A DNA stretch of 64,000 nucleotides from Callorhinchus milii. Lineage: Eukaryota. The notes below the pieces were generated by a model, which saw only the letters and a program-made list of their open reading frames with translations, was not told the DNA's origin and did not search any database. This document shows positions 37,690-51,424 of this stretch, one piece after another; position 1 is the stretch's first letter, and every line of letters begins with the position of its first letter. Position numbers and translations under genes: made by a program. The DNA is taken from positions 33,916,001 through 33,980,000 of the forward strand of contig NW_024704742.1 in NCBI RefSeq assembly GCF_018977255.1. The letters run 5' to 3'.

Positions 37690-37985
37690 AAGAAAAAAAC
37701 CCAAAACAATAATAAATTGATCACTTCAATCTACAACTGTTTGTGGGACACTACTGCGCACAATTGGCTGCCGTGTTTTGCCCACAAATATACAGTCAAT
37801 TCACTTTACAGTATATTCTGTGAAGCACTGTATCAAAAAGCAAGGATTATTATTAGATAGGGTTATTCCTCACAAAGGAAAACATGCAGTTCCTATACTT
37901 TACAGTTTATCCTGTGAAATGTTTTCAGATGTCATCCCGATGTGAAAGGTGCTACACCAAATATAAGGATTATTATTATTATTAT
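37690..37985 (+). mobile_element. Stacked SINE 3' fragments
   Basis: Two successive tails. Confidence 0.8.
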
Positions 37986-38412
37986 CATGAGCTGAGTGGG
38001 ATGAATCCATACTCCTAGTATGCATTGGTTAAGTCCAAAATGATAACTCATTTACTAAAGTGAAATGTTTCTTACCATAAGAAAGTGGTGCCAGGAGATT
38101 TTTCCTCACTGTGAAAAATATAATGGACCTGAGCTTAATCCTCCTTGGGCCACTTAAATTGGACTACACTGGAACTTTTGAAGAATCCTTTTTAAAGTAA
38201 TTAAAGAGGACTACTTGTGTGCTGTAATGTTCATAATATTAAAATCTAACATTTAAATTCAATGTTTTGCTGATGGGCCAAAGCAAACACGTGCAGAACC
38301 TCAGCATCACAACCTTAATGTTTTTGAACAGGTTTTGCAGTGATACAGAGCAGGAAGTTTACAGCAGTTTCCATTCCCACATCACCACACAGTCAGGAGT
38401 TAAGCCATTTTA

Positions 38413-38800
38413 ATAAGAATAATAAAAATCTTTGCATTTGATATAGTGCCTTTCACATTGGGAGGATGTCCCAAAGCACTTCACAGGATTTACTATGAAG
38501 TGGAGTGACTATATATAATAATCCTTGTATTTGATACAGCGCTTTTCACATCTTCTCGACGTCTCAAAGCGCTTCACAGGATAGACTGTAAAGTGAATTG
38601 ACCATATATTTGTGGGTGAAACGCGGCAGCCAATTGCGCACAGCAGTGTCCCACAAACAGTCGTGGATTGAAAGTGACCAATTTACTATTGTTTTGTTTT
38701 GGCGGGTTTATTATTTATAGATGGACACAGCAGCCAATTTGGGCACAACAATTGCCATAAATAGCCCTGAAGTGACTGACCAATTTTATTTGCGGGGTTG
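38413..38800 (-). mobile_element. Nested SINE fragments
   Basis: Younger SINE body (38517-38715) within an older SINE. Confidence 0.8.
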
Positions 38801-39991
38801 TTGCGCTCTCAACAGTACGATTACAGCATTGTAACAGACCAGAATTAAACCTGGGATCTTTCTGGTTTACACGGCTTAAACTACATCACGCAGTGCAATT
38901 ATTCAATGATCTCACCAATTTCCTCTCTCCTTTCCTTGAAGATTGATTTGTGAGCATCTTAGATGTCTTGATTTCAATCATAATGCAGGCTTTACTGATG
39001 TTCATGGATGCTATAGATTCTTGAGCAGAAATGACTGCTGTGGTATTTGATTACAGTATTCTTTCAGGGATCCATCTACGTCTGCACTGATATTATTGCC
39101 ACAATGCTGATTACTGTTGGTACTAGTTGCTGAAACAAAGATGCTCACAATATTATTGCGTAAGTGTGCCCTTTATCTGTTTTGCGTTATAAATTCCATG
39201 GTGCAAGACAAGGCCACAAACAGGGTCTGTATTGCAATGAACAAATACCTGATGGCAATGTGCTGTTTTATGTGCTAAATTTATACTGATGCCATATTTG
39301 CTCTGATGAAACGCACTGAGGCCATGGATAGTCACAGGCAACTTGATAAATTATGACCTTGCTAACTTACTTTTACCATTGTTTAAGTACTGTTTAATGA
39401 GTTTGTTTCAGCTGTTGACCTTGATCTTTTGACCGTGCTTCTCGCTTTGTATGACATAATTCAAACCTAATTATATTTGTATTATCAGTTTATTGATAAC
39501 AAAATAACACAGTTTAACTCTGGTTCTTTCTTTAAACAAGAGAACACTTTCATGTGAGGCACAGTGCACTCCCTGTACAAGTACAAGCAAGCCATAAATC
39601 AAACCTAACTTCAAAGCTGAACCTTACTGAGCTGAAACTATTAAAAATTAAGCCTCACCGTTCAAGAACAGGGATCAGGAATGAACAGTGACAATCATTA
39701 ATCTGACTGGAGGCCACTTCTGGAGAAAGCTGTATTCCCACAAATACTTCATATGTTCTGTTGTGTTTCTCACTTCCTTTCAGATGTCCTAGCATAGGCC
39801 TCGGCTGCAATATTTTGGAGGACGAGGTGAAAGCAGAAACAGACGGTTTTCAAAACCTTGTTCCATTGCAACTGAATTGGCCCACGGAAAGGTTCATAGA
39901 AATATCCCAAAGAGATACAGTGTAAAGAAAACTCCTTGAATGCTGCAATTCTGTGATATAAACAGAAGATGCTGAAACTGCATAGAGGTCA

Positions 39992-40404
39992 ATAATAATA
40001 ATCATAATAATAAATAAGCTTTGCATTTAGTACAGCACCTTTCACATCAGGAAGATATCTCAAAACTCTGGCTGTCATCTGAGCCGGGGGAGAGGGGGGA
40101 TGCAGGTGGTGATGAAGAGGTTGTTGGTAGTGGAAATATGACCGGAAGTGCGGTCAAAGAAGTCTTAGGTCTTACTTTAAAAATCCAACTTATAAAGTCT
40201 GACTTAAGGGGCTGAGTTGGAGTTAGTTCTAGAGAGCAAAATATAGTTATATGTAGGATGTAGTTTGTTCCAGAGAGCAGAAGTACTGAAAGCTCAACTC
40301 CAGTGTTGGCTGGATTGGGTGGGGTACATGAAGCAGGTCAATGTTGTCTGAGCGAAGGGAACAGCTGGGTTGGTAAGGTCGCAGGATTTTGCAGAGGTAG
40401 GGTG
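39992..40404 (-). mobile_element. Degenerate L2 3' end
   Basis: Tail and L2-like purine-rich body on the plus strand. Confidence 0.65.
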
Positions 40405-41268
40405 ATGCAAGACATAGATAGACTGGTAAAGTGGGCAGACATGTGGCAGATAAAGTTTAATGTGAAGAAATGCTAAAGTGATCCATTTTGGGAGAAAGAA
40501 TGAGGAAATATAAGCTAGATGGTAGAATCTTAAAGGGGGTGAAGGAACAGAGGGACCTGGTGGGGGGGTCATACAAATAAATCTTTGAAGGTGGCAGGAC
40601 AGGTAGATAAAGCTGTTACAAAAGTATATGGGACACTAGGCTTCATAAATAGTGCCATAGAATACAAAAGTCAGGAAGTTATGATGAACCTTTATAAAAC
40701 CACTGGTTAGGCCTCAGCTAGAGTACTCTGTTCGGTTCTGGGCACCACATTTTAGAAAGGATGTGAAGGCATAGGAGAGGGTGCAAAGGAGATTTACCAG
40801 TAAGGTAGCAGGAATGAGGGACTTCAGTTATCAGGAGAGGCTAGAGAAGCTAGGATTATTCTCCTTAGAGCAGAGACGGATAAGAGGAAACTTAATAGAA
40901 GTTTTTCAAATTATGAGGGGATTCGATAGGGTGACAAAGGATAAACTATTTCCACTAGTGGGTGGGTCGGTAACCCGAGGACACAAATTTAAAATAGCTG
41001 TTAAAAGAAACAGAGTGGAGATAAGGAGAAATTATTTCACCCAGCGAGTTGCTCGGATCTGGAATGCATTGCCTGAAAGGGTAGTGGAAGCCGATTCGAT
41101 AACAACTTTTAAGAGAGAATTAGATAATTATTTGGGCAGGACAAGTTTACAGGGCTATGGGGAGAGTGCGGGTAAGTGGGATTGATTTGGATAGCTCTTC
41201 TAAAAGAGCCGGCACAGACACAATGGGCCGAATGGCTTCCTTCTGTGCTGTATAATTCTATGATTCTA
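40405..41268 (+). mobile_element. CR1 LINE, 5'-truncated
   Basis: ORF 40781-41185 (SYQERLEKLGLFSLEQRRIRGNLIEVF...WNALPERVVEA) and ATTCTATG tail. Confidence 0.95.
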
Positions 41269-41819
41269 AGACTGTGGAAGGCTCTGGGGTGATGGGATCA
41301 AAAAATGGCTAATTGGAACAAGATTCACCTATAGAATCTTAGAGTCATTTATTGGAAATCCTCATTAGAATATCATAGTTTACTCGAGAGATCCTTGTTC
41401 TGAAGTATTGCAACAGATCAAGGATTTGCCGAGATACACTGCCAGTCACTGGTAGGATTTCCCACTCTTAACAACTCAGAGTTGCTCTCAGTGAATCCTG
41501 ACCCTTTTTCAGCCTTAATAGCTCAATTTTATTTCTAATATACTAGACATTTTATTAGGACACAACACACAATTCTTGTTATCATCTGCTTAAAAATGTG
41601 AATGCATTTCTAAAACATTTACATTGGCATGCTTGTAATTTTTAGCTACAAGAACATGCAGCTGCATTTTGCTCTCTCCTCCTCTCCTGTAGGGGTTCAA
41701 TTATGATAAGTTGCAGTTTCATGGCATCCTCCATGACCAGAAATATGTTACACACACCATGTCAAACCATGGGAACTCCTCCAAAAGAAGATGTCAATGA
41801 AATAATCACACAGATCAAT

Positions 41820-42085
41820 GACAATAACAACTTGCACTTATATGGCACCCTTCACATGGGATAGCATCTCGGAGCACAAACAGTGACAGAGCTTGATGCC
41901 CAGCTTGGGAGAAAGGGGAGGTGACTGGTTAAATAGGAAGGTCTTCAGGTGCAATCTAAAGATGGGGATGGAAGAGGCAAGGCAGAGGGATTGAATGCAG
42001 GGGTTCTAGAGTTTGAGGCAGAGTGAAAGTATGCCTTCTGATGGTGGAGTAAAGGGGCTGAGGGACATTACGATGCTTGAATCAG
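41820..42085 (-). mobile_element. Degenerate L2 3' end
   Basis: Tail and GGAAGGTCTTCAGG motif shared with other L2 copies. Confidence 0.7.
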
Positions 42086-44976
42086 TAATTACTGATCAGT
42101 AGATCAATATAATGTACTTTCAGTTATCAAAACAGTCTCCACTCACACTCCTCAATAAGGAATCCCATTAGAAATTGCCACACATTTGAAACCAAAAGGG
42201 AGTTCCCTCAGTGGCAAAGAATCCTCCAGAACAATTGGTCCACATTTGTCCACCAAAACAGTCACTCACTTGACAGTAATTATCTCTGAAGAGCTTTGAC
42301 ATGTGGTAAAATTGCAAATGCTTTCCTACTACAATGCAACAAAAATTCCAAAGCACTCAGACAAATTAGGTAGCAGCATTTTTTGCAGAGAACAAATATT
42401 TAGCAAATGGTCTCAACATTTTGGGAAATTGAAGGTGAAAGAAATAAAGAACGAAAAGTATGCAGTTTAAGATAGAAATTGGCTGATGTGTATAAGCCTA
42501 CACTGTGCTGAATTTTAGTGGCTTTCCAGACTATTTCACAATACTGAGGAGCTTCACATTCAGTACAACGTTCAGATTTTGGCTCCATAGATCTGCAAGC
42601 AACATGGTTCTCTCACAATATTTATACAAGCAACAAGAAAACAAAAAATAATTAGGATATTTTGTGCTGCAAAATGTACAGTTCAAATTAAGTCATCTAG
42701 AAATTCAGACGGAATGGGAATTAAACGGCTTTGTGTAGATAGGGTTATTAATGATTTGTTAAAACAAAGTTTTTTTTCCCTCCAGATGCCTAATGACAAC
42801 TCGCTTCAAGTTTAATCCTTTATTTAAACAAAGGCTCAAAATGGAGCTCTTTCAAGGCACAAATATTGTGTATTTTTTTTTCTTTTTGGTTTTGAATATG
42901 CCAGCGCAGCTCATCTCCAAATCTCCAAGTACACATTTTATTCTGCTTTTCAGTAGTTTGCTTTAATTAGTGTTTCTGAGTGCTTTGGGATGCTTGCGCT
43001 CATTTTAAACAAACAAGGGTTTCAGAAGCTGTAAAACAGTGTCTTGGGTTGGTTGGCCCATATCCCGCACAGCCTCTGATTTAGAGAAGAGGACACCATT
43101 AAGTAAACACTTATAATTGCATTTAGTGTCTCTGGAGTATTTGCACTTCAAGCATTGGCTTATAATATGCTGACAGCAGCTTTCTAACATCTGTAGTCAA
43201 ATGGGATTTGCTAAACCCTCTTAGAAAAAACCCCCGTCTGGTGCAGCCACTAAGAATACATGGAAAATTTTGGTTAAGTTCACAACCACTTTTTCGATTT
43301 CTGCCTCCTCTGTTGACAAAAGTAGGGTCAAAACGTATAAGTTGTGCAACCATAGTCTAATCGGAACTAATTGGACCCATTAGCATTATATCTATCCTGG
43401 AAGTTTTGAGAGAAACCCCAAAAGAACTTCTGTCAATCCAAAACCCTCCTCGATATTCCCAGGCTTTACCTGTGTCCCAAAGCCAGTCATTTATCCACTG
43501 TGAGCCTGGCTAGAACTCTGAAAGTCACTGAATCATCCATCTGGATGAAATGAAGCATTGTACAGTGTCCAGTCCCTCAGGTTTAAAACTCTTATCTACA
43601 ACATACACAGTCACTACATTCTACATTGAAATTCTGTGAAGCTCTTTGAAATGTCGTCTCCTGACATGAATGGTGGCAACTCAAATGCCAGTTTTATTTA
43701 ATATTAGTGACCCGCTCACCATTTCAGTTGAGAAGCCGCAAGGCTCTTGTTGCCTCTGATTCTCTTGCCGATGGTGAACCAGTCATTTATCTGATGTACT
43801 ATCACGTTTGTCATGGCGACCAATTGCTCACTGTGTATGCCTGTGTACCTCAACTCCCAGCTTTTGCCTTTCGAGCTTCTACACATGGCAGAGTTCTAAG
43901 TGCAAAATGAAAGCTCTGTCACCAGCTCTCCAATGTCTGTCTCAGGCACAGCACAGTTGTGTGTGCGAGGCGGAAGCTCTGACTTCGCCATCCTCCACTT
44001 TACTGGTCATTCTCTCTTTGCTCCCATAGTGATTGTCAACTATCTACAACCTAATCTGATCAGTTTCACCAACGTCCAGAAAGTCTGAGGCAAATATCTG
44101 TAGTTGCACCGGGGCACTCATTTTACAACAAAACAACAACAGCAAAATTACATTTGTATAGGACCTTTCACGTCGGGATTGATTTTCTCGTCAAATCAAT
44201 TCCATGGGGGTGGAAAAATGATGGATTGTTCTGTAATGCACACAAACTGTTCGAATAGAAAAGACTGCAAACAGAATAAAGCCATTATTGTCCCCAATGC
44301 CAGCATTTATCCAGTACCCTACATGAAAAGACAATTAGGTCCAGTACCATGTATTTTGTGAAGACATGATATTTGTGAAGGTTTCTTTTGATGCTTAAGT
44401 CATGTGTTTATCTAAAGCAATCCCCCTCAGCTTTCAAAAAGATGTGGTAGTGACTGCTAATGCATAGGTCCACCTAGCAATCATAACCATTCCTGTTCCA
44501 AACAGTGTAGACTGTCAAGACATCAAACGTTGGAGTGCCTTTCAATGCACAAATCACAAACAAGTAAGCCCACACAGGAATGTAAAAGGATTCTAATCCA
44601 TTAGCCTTAGGCTTCAACAAGAGCCAGAAAAGAAATGGTGGTGTCTTAACAAGCATATCCCTAAAGGGAATTTGCACTGTGGGCCGCTTGGATGAATTGA
44701 AAGTAAGATAATAGCACATTCAGGTCAGTCTGTTGTGACAGTCAGTGGTTCAACTTCTGGGTGGTAACTACGTACAGTACTTAAGGCTGGCATTCAGTGA
44801 ACAGATCAACTTTGTGGTATATTAGGCAGAGTAATTGCACCTCTTCTTCATTTCACAGAATTTCAAAGAATTTAGTGGATGAAACAAAACAAAACAGGCC
44901 AGAACTGCACCTTACAAAATTACTGTATTTTTTGAAAAACATCAAACTAAGACAAAACTGGTGCTAATAAGATTTC

Positions 44977-45400
44977 TGGCTCAGTTGGTAGCACTCTGAG
45001 TCACAGGCTATGGGTTCAAATCTCATGTCAGGACTTTTAACACACCTATTTTAGGTTAACTCTCCAATGCAGTGCTGGGGCGTGTACTGCATTGCTGGAG
45101 GTTCTGTCCTTTGGATGACACATTTACTTGTTCACGTGGATGTTAAAGATCCCACGGCACTAACCAAAAAGAAAAGGGAGTTTTTCCCAGTGTCCAGGCC
45201 AACAATTCCCCAGATAAAATTGATCATTCACTTCAAAACTGTTAGTTCGATATTGCTGTGGAGTTGGCAGCCCGTTTGCCTTCTAAATATACAGCACACT
45301 TTGCAGTAAATCCTGTGAAGCACTTTGAGATGTTCCTCACATTCTTTCACATTCCTCCCAACATGAAAGGCACTGTCTCAATTGCAAATATTATTAATTA
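44977..45400 (+). mobile_element. Near full-length DeuSINE
   Basis: Head TGGCTCAGTTGGTAGCACTCTGAGTCA, Deu body, tail. Confidence 0.85.
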
Positions 45401-45779
45401 TTGACAAAAATTTGCAAGGTTTTTCAGTGTAAACCTAAAAACAATGTGCCAAGAAGTCAGAGTTTATATAATGCAATAACAGTTTCATATATACAATGCC
45501 TTTCATATAAAAATGATTACCTTGAAGCTCTTTACAGAATGTAGTTGATTAGAACTGGAAATGTTGGCTAATCTGCACCAGCATCGAACCATAAACAGCA
45601 ATGACAATTCATTCAAATGTAAGGGTAAATTTCTAATTGGAAGAGAATATAAACCCAGGATACCATAGAAAAACTGCATATTTCTTTGACATAGCTGTGG
45701 TAGGGTATTCACTTTCTGCTCACTTGAATCACAAAGCAGTTGGAACCTTGCGTTACTGGTTAATAACGCAATCAAAACA

Positions 45780-46154
45780 TAATAATACCAATGCTTGGAT
45801 TTGATGTAGTGCCTTATCATGTTGTTGAGATGTCTCAAAGCGCTTCACAGGATTTTACTATGAAGTTTAGTGACTGAATTTGTAGGTAAATGCAGCAGCC
45901 AATTTGCCTATGGCAATGTCAGTGAGTGAATAGTTTTATTGGGGGGTGGGGGAATTGTTACCCAGGATAATGGGAGGAACTCATTTCTCTTTTTGAATAG
46001 TGCCATTGGACATTAATGTTCACCTGAACAGGCATAGACAGAATCTTGGTTTAACATTTCATAAGAAAAACGACAAACAAGACAGCACACCCCCAAGCAC
46101 TGCATTGGAGTATCAGCTAGTCAAATTAAAATTCCCAATGTGGGTGTTGAACCC
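45780..46154 (-). mobile_element. DeuSINE
   Basis: Inverse orientation to the 44977 copy. Confidence 0.82.
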
Positions 46155-46975
46155 ACAACAACAACAACAACAACAAAATTACATTTGTATAGTGCCTTTC
46201 ACGTCGGGAGGACGTCCTAAGGCGCTGGACAGTGCACAGCATTTCAGACCCGAGCTGGAGTCAAAAAAAAAGGGAGGGGAGGGGAAGGGGGGTGGCCGAT
46301 GGCATGGTCGAAGAGGAGGGTCTTGAGGTGGGACTTGAAGGAGGGTAAGGAGGGGGCGAAGCGGAGTGACTGGGGGATGGAATTCCAGAGGTTGGGGGCA
46401 GAGTGGTTGAAGGCTCTCCCACCAATGGTGGGGCGAGTGGGTCGGGGGACGTGAGCAGTCCAGAGCCGGCTGAGCGGAGGGAGCAGGCAGGTTGGTAGGG
46501 GGTTAGGAGGTCGCAGCAGTAGGGTGGGGCGAGGCCATGGATGGCTTTGTATGTGAGGACCAGGATCTTGAACTGGATCCTCTGAAGGAGAGGGAGTCAG
46601 TGGAGTCTGATGGGGTCCCGGAGTTTGGTGCGGGAGAGGACATGGGCTGCAGAGTTCTGGATTATCTGCAGCCTGTGGAGGGAGGAGTTGGGAAGGCCGA
46701 CAAGCAGAGCATTTGCATAGTCGAGCCTGGAGGTGATGAAGGCATGAACAAGAATTTCAGTGGCCTGAGGGGTGAGGTAGTGGCGGAGTCGGGTGATGTT
46801 ACGGAGGTGAGGGAAGGCAGAGCGGGTCATGGCTTGAATGTGGGGGAGAAAAGACAGTTGAGGGTCGAACAAGACACCCAGGTTCCTGACTGCATATGGT
46901 GAGTTGGAGTGTCCAACCATGGAGGTTGATGTTGCCGGAGCCTGAGGTGCTGAGGCGCTGGCGCGAGCCAATCAC
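46155..46975 (-). mobile_element. L2 LINE, 5'-truncated
   Basis: VRNLGVLFDPQLSFLPHI...HAFITSRLDYANALLVGLP...LQIIQNSAA; (TTG)n tail. Confidence 0.95.
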
Positions 46976-49502
46976 AACCATGTGACTAGAGGCCAGCGTG
47001 CTTCCAGCTCCGCCAGGCTGACACCCGACTCCAACATGAATTACAAAACAGAATCAATTTAAAATGGATCAGTTTATGCTTACTTGAGAAATGATCAAGT
47101 TTGGCCATTTCAACTGGCTTAAGAAAACAATGTCCACTGCTACGTTTTTGTCTTTCTCCTGAGGCCAACGTAACTTCAATCACTGAGAAAGTTTTGGGCT
47201 GGTTTTAGTCAGGCATCCTTCAAGTTCCTGGTTTTAACCACCATTCTTAACACCCTGAATTTGCGATCATTGTGTATATAATAAAATATAATACTTTCAT
47301 ACTAGATATTATTTTATAATAATATTATATATTTTATAACAAAACAATATATAATACTAATACTTTTCCGAATTAGGTAAGCAAGATGCATCCCTCCAGG
47401 AAGAAACTACGTATTCCATTCCAACAATCTATCTCTAGAATTTTCATTATAGGTGGGATGCATGGAATTTTCACTTTGGTTTGGATTAATCATGTTGATA
47501 GGTTTCTGCATGTGTCAGACACCCGGCTGACCCAAAAAACTAATTCTGTATATGGCCACCCTTTCCTGATACTCCTCATCTCTTCCACCAGCACAAATTT
47601 TGTGAATTGAAATATGTTCTAAATCAGGAATTTTGTTGCCTTGATTGCAGACTGTATCTTTTATTTAAAATTACAATTAACAAACAAATAGTTAAACATT
47701 TGCTTAGTTGGCCTATTCAGCAGTATACGCTTGGAAGTAAGCTCTTGATCATTTACATTAAAATTCTCCTAGGAATGGTGGCTATCTGTAACAAATAGCT
47801 TACTGTGAGCAAGGGTTCTACACACTTGGCTCCTGTTAACCCTGCAAGCCGAAGTCTTAACATGTAGGCTGATCCTAGCTGGACAAGCAGCAGGAAGCTT
47901 GGCAGACAGTGCTCTCAATGGCAAGCTATATGGTTTTAGCTGGTTAACCCATGGGGTCTGCATGCCTTGGCTCTCACCAACCTGTGCCTGATACTCTCTG
48001 GAATTGGGTAAGCAGAATGCAACCCTTCAGGTAGAGAGTGTGCATTCCATTCCAGATGTGGGGATATTTCCATGTGTAGATTAAGATTACGGTCAATATT
48101 ACTAACCCATTACAGGTTATTAAAGTTGCCTAAAAGTTGCCTATTAAACTTACTAAATATCACAATACAATTCTGACAGAAATAAAAGAGATTTCTGGGT
48201 CGAAATAATTATCTAGAACAAAACACCTCAATACTATGAATGCAATTTGTTCTTGTGTACAGCACAGATAAACTTACGTGGCTTTATGCTTAATAGAAGC
48301 TCCACAGGAATTGAATTATCTATTTTGCAATTACAGTACTTACTATCTATCCAATTTTACAATACACTCAGTCTCTATTGTCAATTAAATTGCTATGTCA
48401 GGGATCATATCAATAATGTAAATCAATTTAAATTTGAGCATCATCATGGACCTTTTTATACATTATCCTGAGGAACATCAAAAGTTTGAAGTTTATTTTA
48501 AGAATTTGTAAAGAGAATTGATTATTGTACCTTTCTCATGGGTAAATCTCACACTTTGCTTCTAATCCCTTTAAAGGCTCATCATAGATGATCTTTCAAG
48601 TTGAACTGAAATGTGTTTGTAATTCAAACATATTTAAGAGGTGACTGGCAAATAATGCTGCTGTCAAATACCAGTTTTTAGCTGTAATGTAGAAATTGGC
48701 CGCACATCTAAACATAATGGTACTGTCGTGTTCTATTTATTTAAACAGGATTTTCTTTTCTGTTGATGGTGATGTTTAAAGGTATATTTAAGTTAACTTA
48801 AGCTAGTAAGTGTTCATGCAGCTCTCAAAGCTTTTTTTTACATAATGTATTTTACTATCGCTCTGTCAGGTGAATAGTAGCATAATATGCCCTTTGAGTA
48901 AACATAGGATTTATAGGTTTGGAGTTATTGAGACATCTACTTATGTTATTCGCCATATTAAATATAGTTTAACATAGAAGCTATTTTTGTGCACATGTCA
49001 GATGTCAGTGGTGAGAATGATGGAATTTTATTTTACTTATCGCATCCGGTATCGGAAACTTGTATAAAAAAATCACAGTACAATTATGGCATGGAAAAGA
49101 TATGCAGCAAAGCTCCCTCAAAACATCCCAATAATATGAATGAACTCCAACTTCAGAAAAGAAAAAATAGAATTGGCGTTAATTTCATGGCTGTTTGTGC
49201 AAAGTTACTGTACGCAAATTGGCTGCTGCGTTCAACTGCAAAATACGGTCATTATACTTTCTGGTAAATCCTGTGAAGCGCTTTGAAACATACTCCTGAC
49301 ATAAAGGTACTAGATCAAATGTCAAGATTATAGGATTATAATTATAAAGAAAGTTGCTATATATTTTCCGACTGCTGATTGTCCATGCTGGTTCAACTTC
49401 TAATTCACCCTCTTCTCAACAGTTTTTTAAATTAAATTGAAAGAAAAATAAAATACAGAAAATAAAATGTGAATAATAAGTAAAATCATGTGCACCCACT
49501 TT

Positions 49503-49952
49503 AATAATCCTTACATTTGGTACAGCGCCTTTTACATCAGTACGTCCCAAAGCCCTTCACAGTATATACTGTAAAATGAGGTGACTTTGCGTTTAGTTGC
49601 TAAATGTGGCAGCCAATTTGTGCACAGTAGTTTCCCATAACAGCCATGGAATGAGTGTACAATTTTATTTGGGGAATTATTGCCAGGACAGCAGGAGAAA
49701 CTCCCTTCACTTTTTGAATAGGCAGACAGGTTTAACATCACATCCAAAGGACGGGACTTCCAACAATGCAGCATACCCTCATCATTGCACTGGAATATTC
49801 CACATGTTGTCTCTCCACTCCCCACTCCACCCCTCCTGATCCCAAGATCCCAATCCCCAGCTTGGGTGCAAATCCCTGACTGTCCAGCGCCTTGGGATGA
49901 CCTCCCGAAGTGAAATGTTATTTGTTGTTGTTTTTGGAGTGTCACCTTAGAC
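49503..49952 (-). mobile_element. DeuSINE with an L2 tail (plus strand, ~49812-49935) nested inside
   Basis: Host resumes at GGAGTGTCACCTTAGA after the TTG tail. Confidence 0.8.
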
Positions 49953-50199
49953 TAAATGAGTTCAACCAAGCTGGGTTGACACATTTTGTTCTGTGTGTGT
50001 GCTATGAATAAAAAAAGATGCATTTGATACAGTGCAGTGTTTACTAGTGCATATTAACTGTATTTTGTAGGTGAAATACACTGTATTTACCTTTACAAAA
50101 TTAGTATGATGGTAGCAGAAGTAACAGGGCTGGAAAGTGATGGAAAAAAATCCGTTAGATGAGAATGTGAACCTGTGAGGGGCACAACCTCATTTGCAT

Positions 50200-50432
50200 C
50201 AAATCCCTCTACAGCCTCACTCCATCTTCTGTCTGCAATCTCATGTACCCAACCCACCCCGGTCGCTCCTTCCGCTCAGTAAACAGGGCCATCCACCCCA
50301 ACACTGGTGGGCGAAGTTTCAGCCATACTGCTCTCTGGAACTCCATCCCAGAGTTTCTCTGCCTCACCTCTATCCTACTCATCTCTAAAGCCCAGCTTAA
50401 GCCCTTTCTTTTCAACCTCACTTCTGGGTTGT
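50200..50432 (+). mobile_element. L2 fragment
   Basis: TGGRSFSHTALWNSIP...KAQLKPFLF motif. Confidence 0.7.
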
Positions 50433-51424
50433 AACTGTGGTGGTGTTTCAACAAGGGTGCACCAAATGCCCACAGAGAGATACCAGTAGTGAGCGTACGC
50501 ACCTCCAATAAATACACCCGAGCTTACGGGACAAGCATCAGTGCTGCACAGCCAGCACTAGAGGTCACTATTGTAACCTGAGAGACAAATTTGTTCTGAA
50601 ATGTGCTCAGGTGCACTTTCAAAATACAGCTCTGTCTGACTTCAAAGAGATTCTTTGTTATCCCCCGGCCAGATAAATAGAAGCAGAAATCAGAGGTGGC
50701 ATCAGCTGCAACAGCAGGCACAAATATTGTTACTCTGAACCGAAAGCTTAGGCTTTCCAGATGGGACTGGCTGTAATTAATTGCCAGTCAGTCATCACAG
50801 CCAAAAGACCTTCGAATGAGTTGTCTTGCGAAGCTCTGTAGTTAATATCGCTGATGGTAATTTAGGAAGGATTCCTGAAGGAATTGTTTGAAAACATGAA
50901 AACATTTCTACAGAATTACTAATAGCTTGCCTTTTCAACTAATTTGGGAATACAACTAAGATGCTGAAAAATTGGAATTCTGAATATTTCTTTTTGGTCC
51001 CAGTACTGCTTAAATGTGATTTACTTTCTAAACATTGACATATGGTAATGCAATCTCGCTCTCACTGTCTGCGCAAGGAAACACAAGTGTTTTTCACAGC
51101 ATAGAATATTAATCAACTGGATTAAATAAATTGTAATATAATATGAAAATGATTTTGTAATAACCTTATTATGGCTGCATCATAGTTATGAAAAGTGACC
51201 ACCTCAACAAAATCATTAGCTCCTACAAAAGTCATAATTTAAATTCACTTTGCTTCCTACAATATTAGATTGGAATATTTACTGAATTCAATACGGTAAC
51301 TTTTTCTTTCTGCGCTGTCCAAAGTTCAGTCTCTCAATCATAATGTCATTGCTATCGACCGCAAAATAGACACAGTCACTTCACACTATATCCTGTGAAA
51401 AGCTTTGGGATGTCTCCTTGTGGG

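Noticed and set aside
40405..41268. Active autonomous retrotransposon
   Set aside because: All LINE and Penelope copies here are 5'-truncated and carry stops or frameshifts
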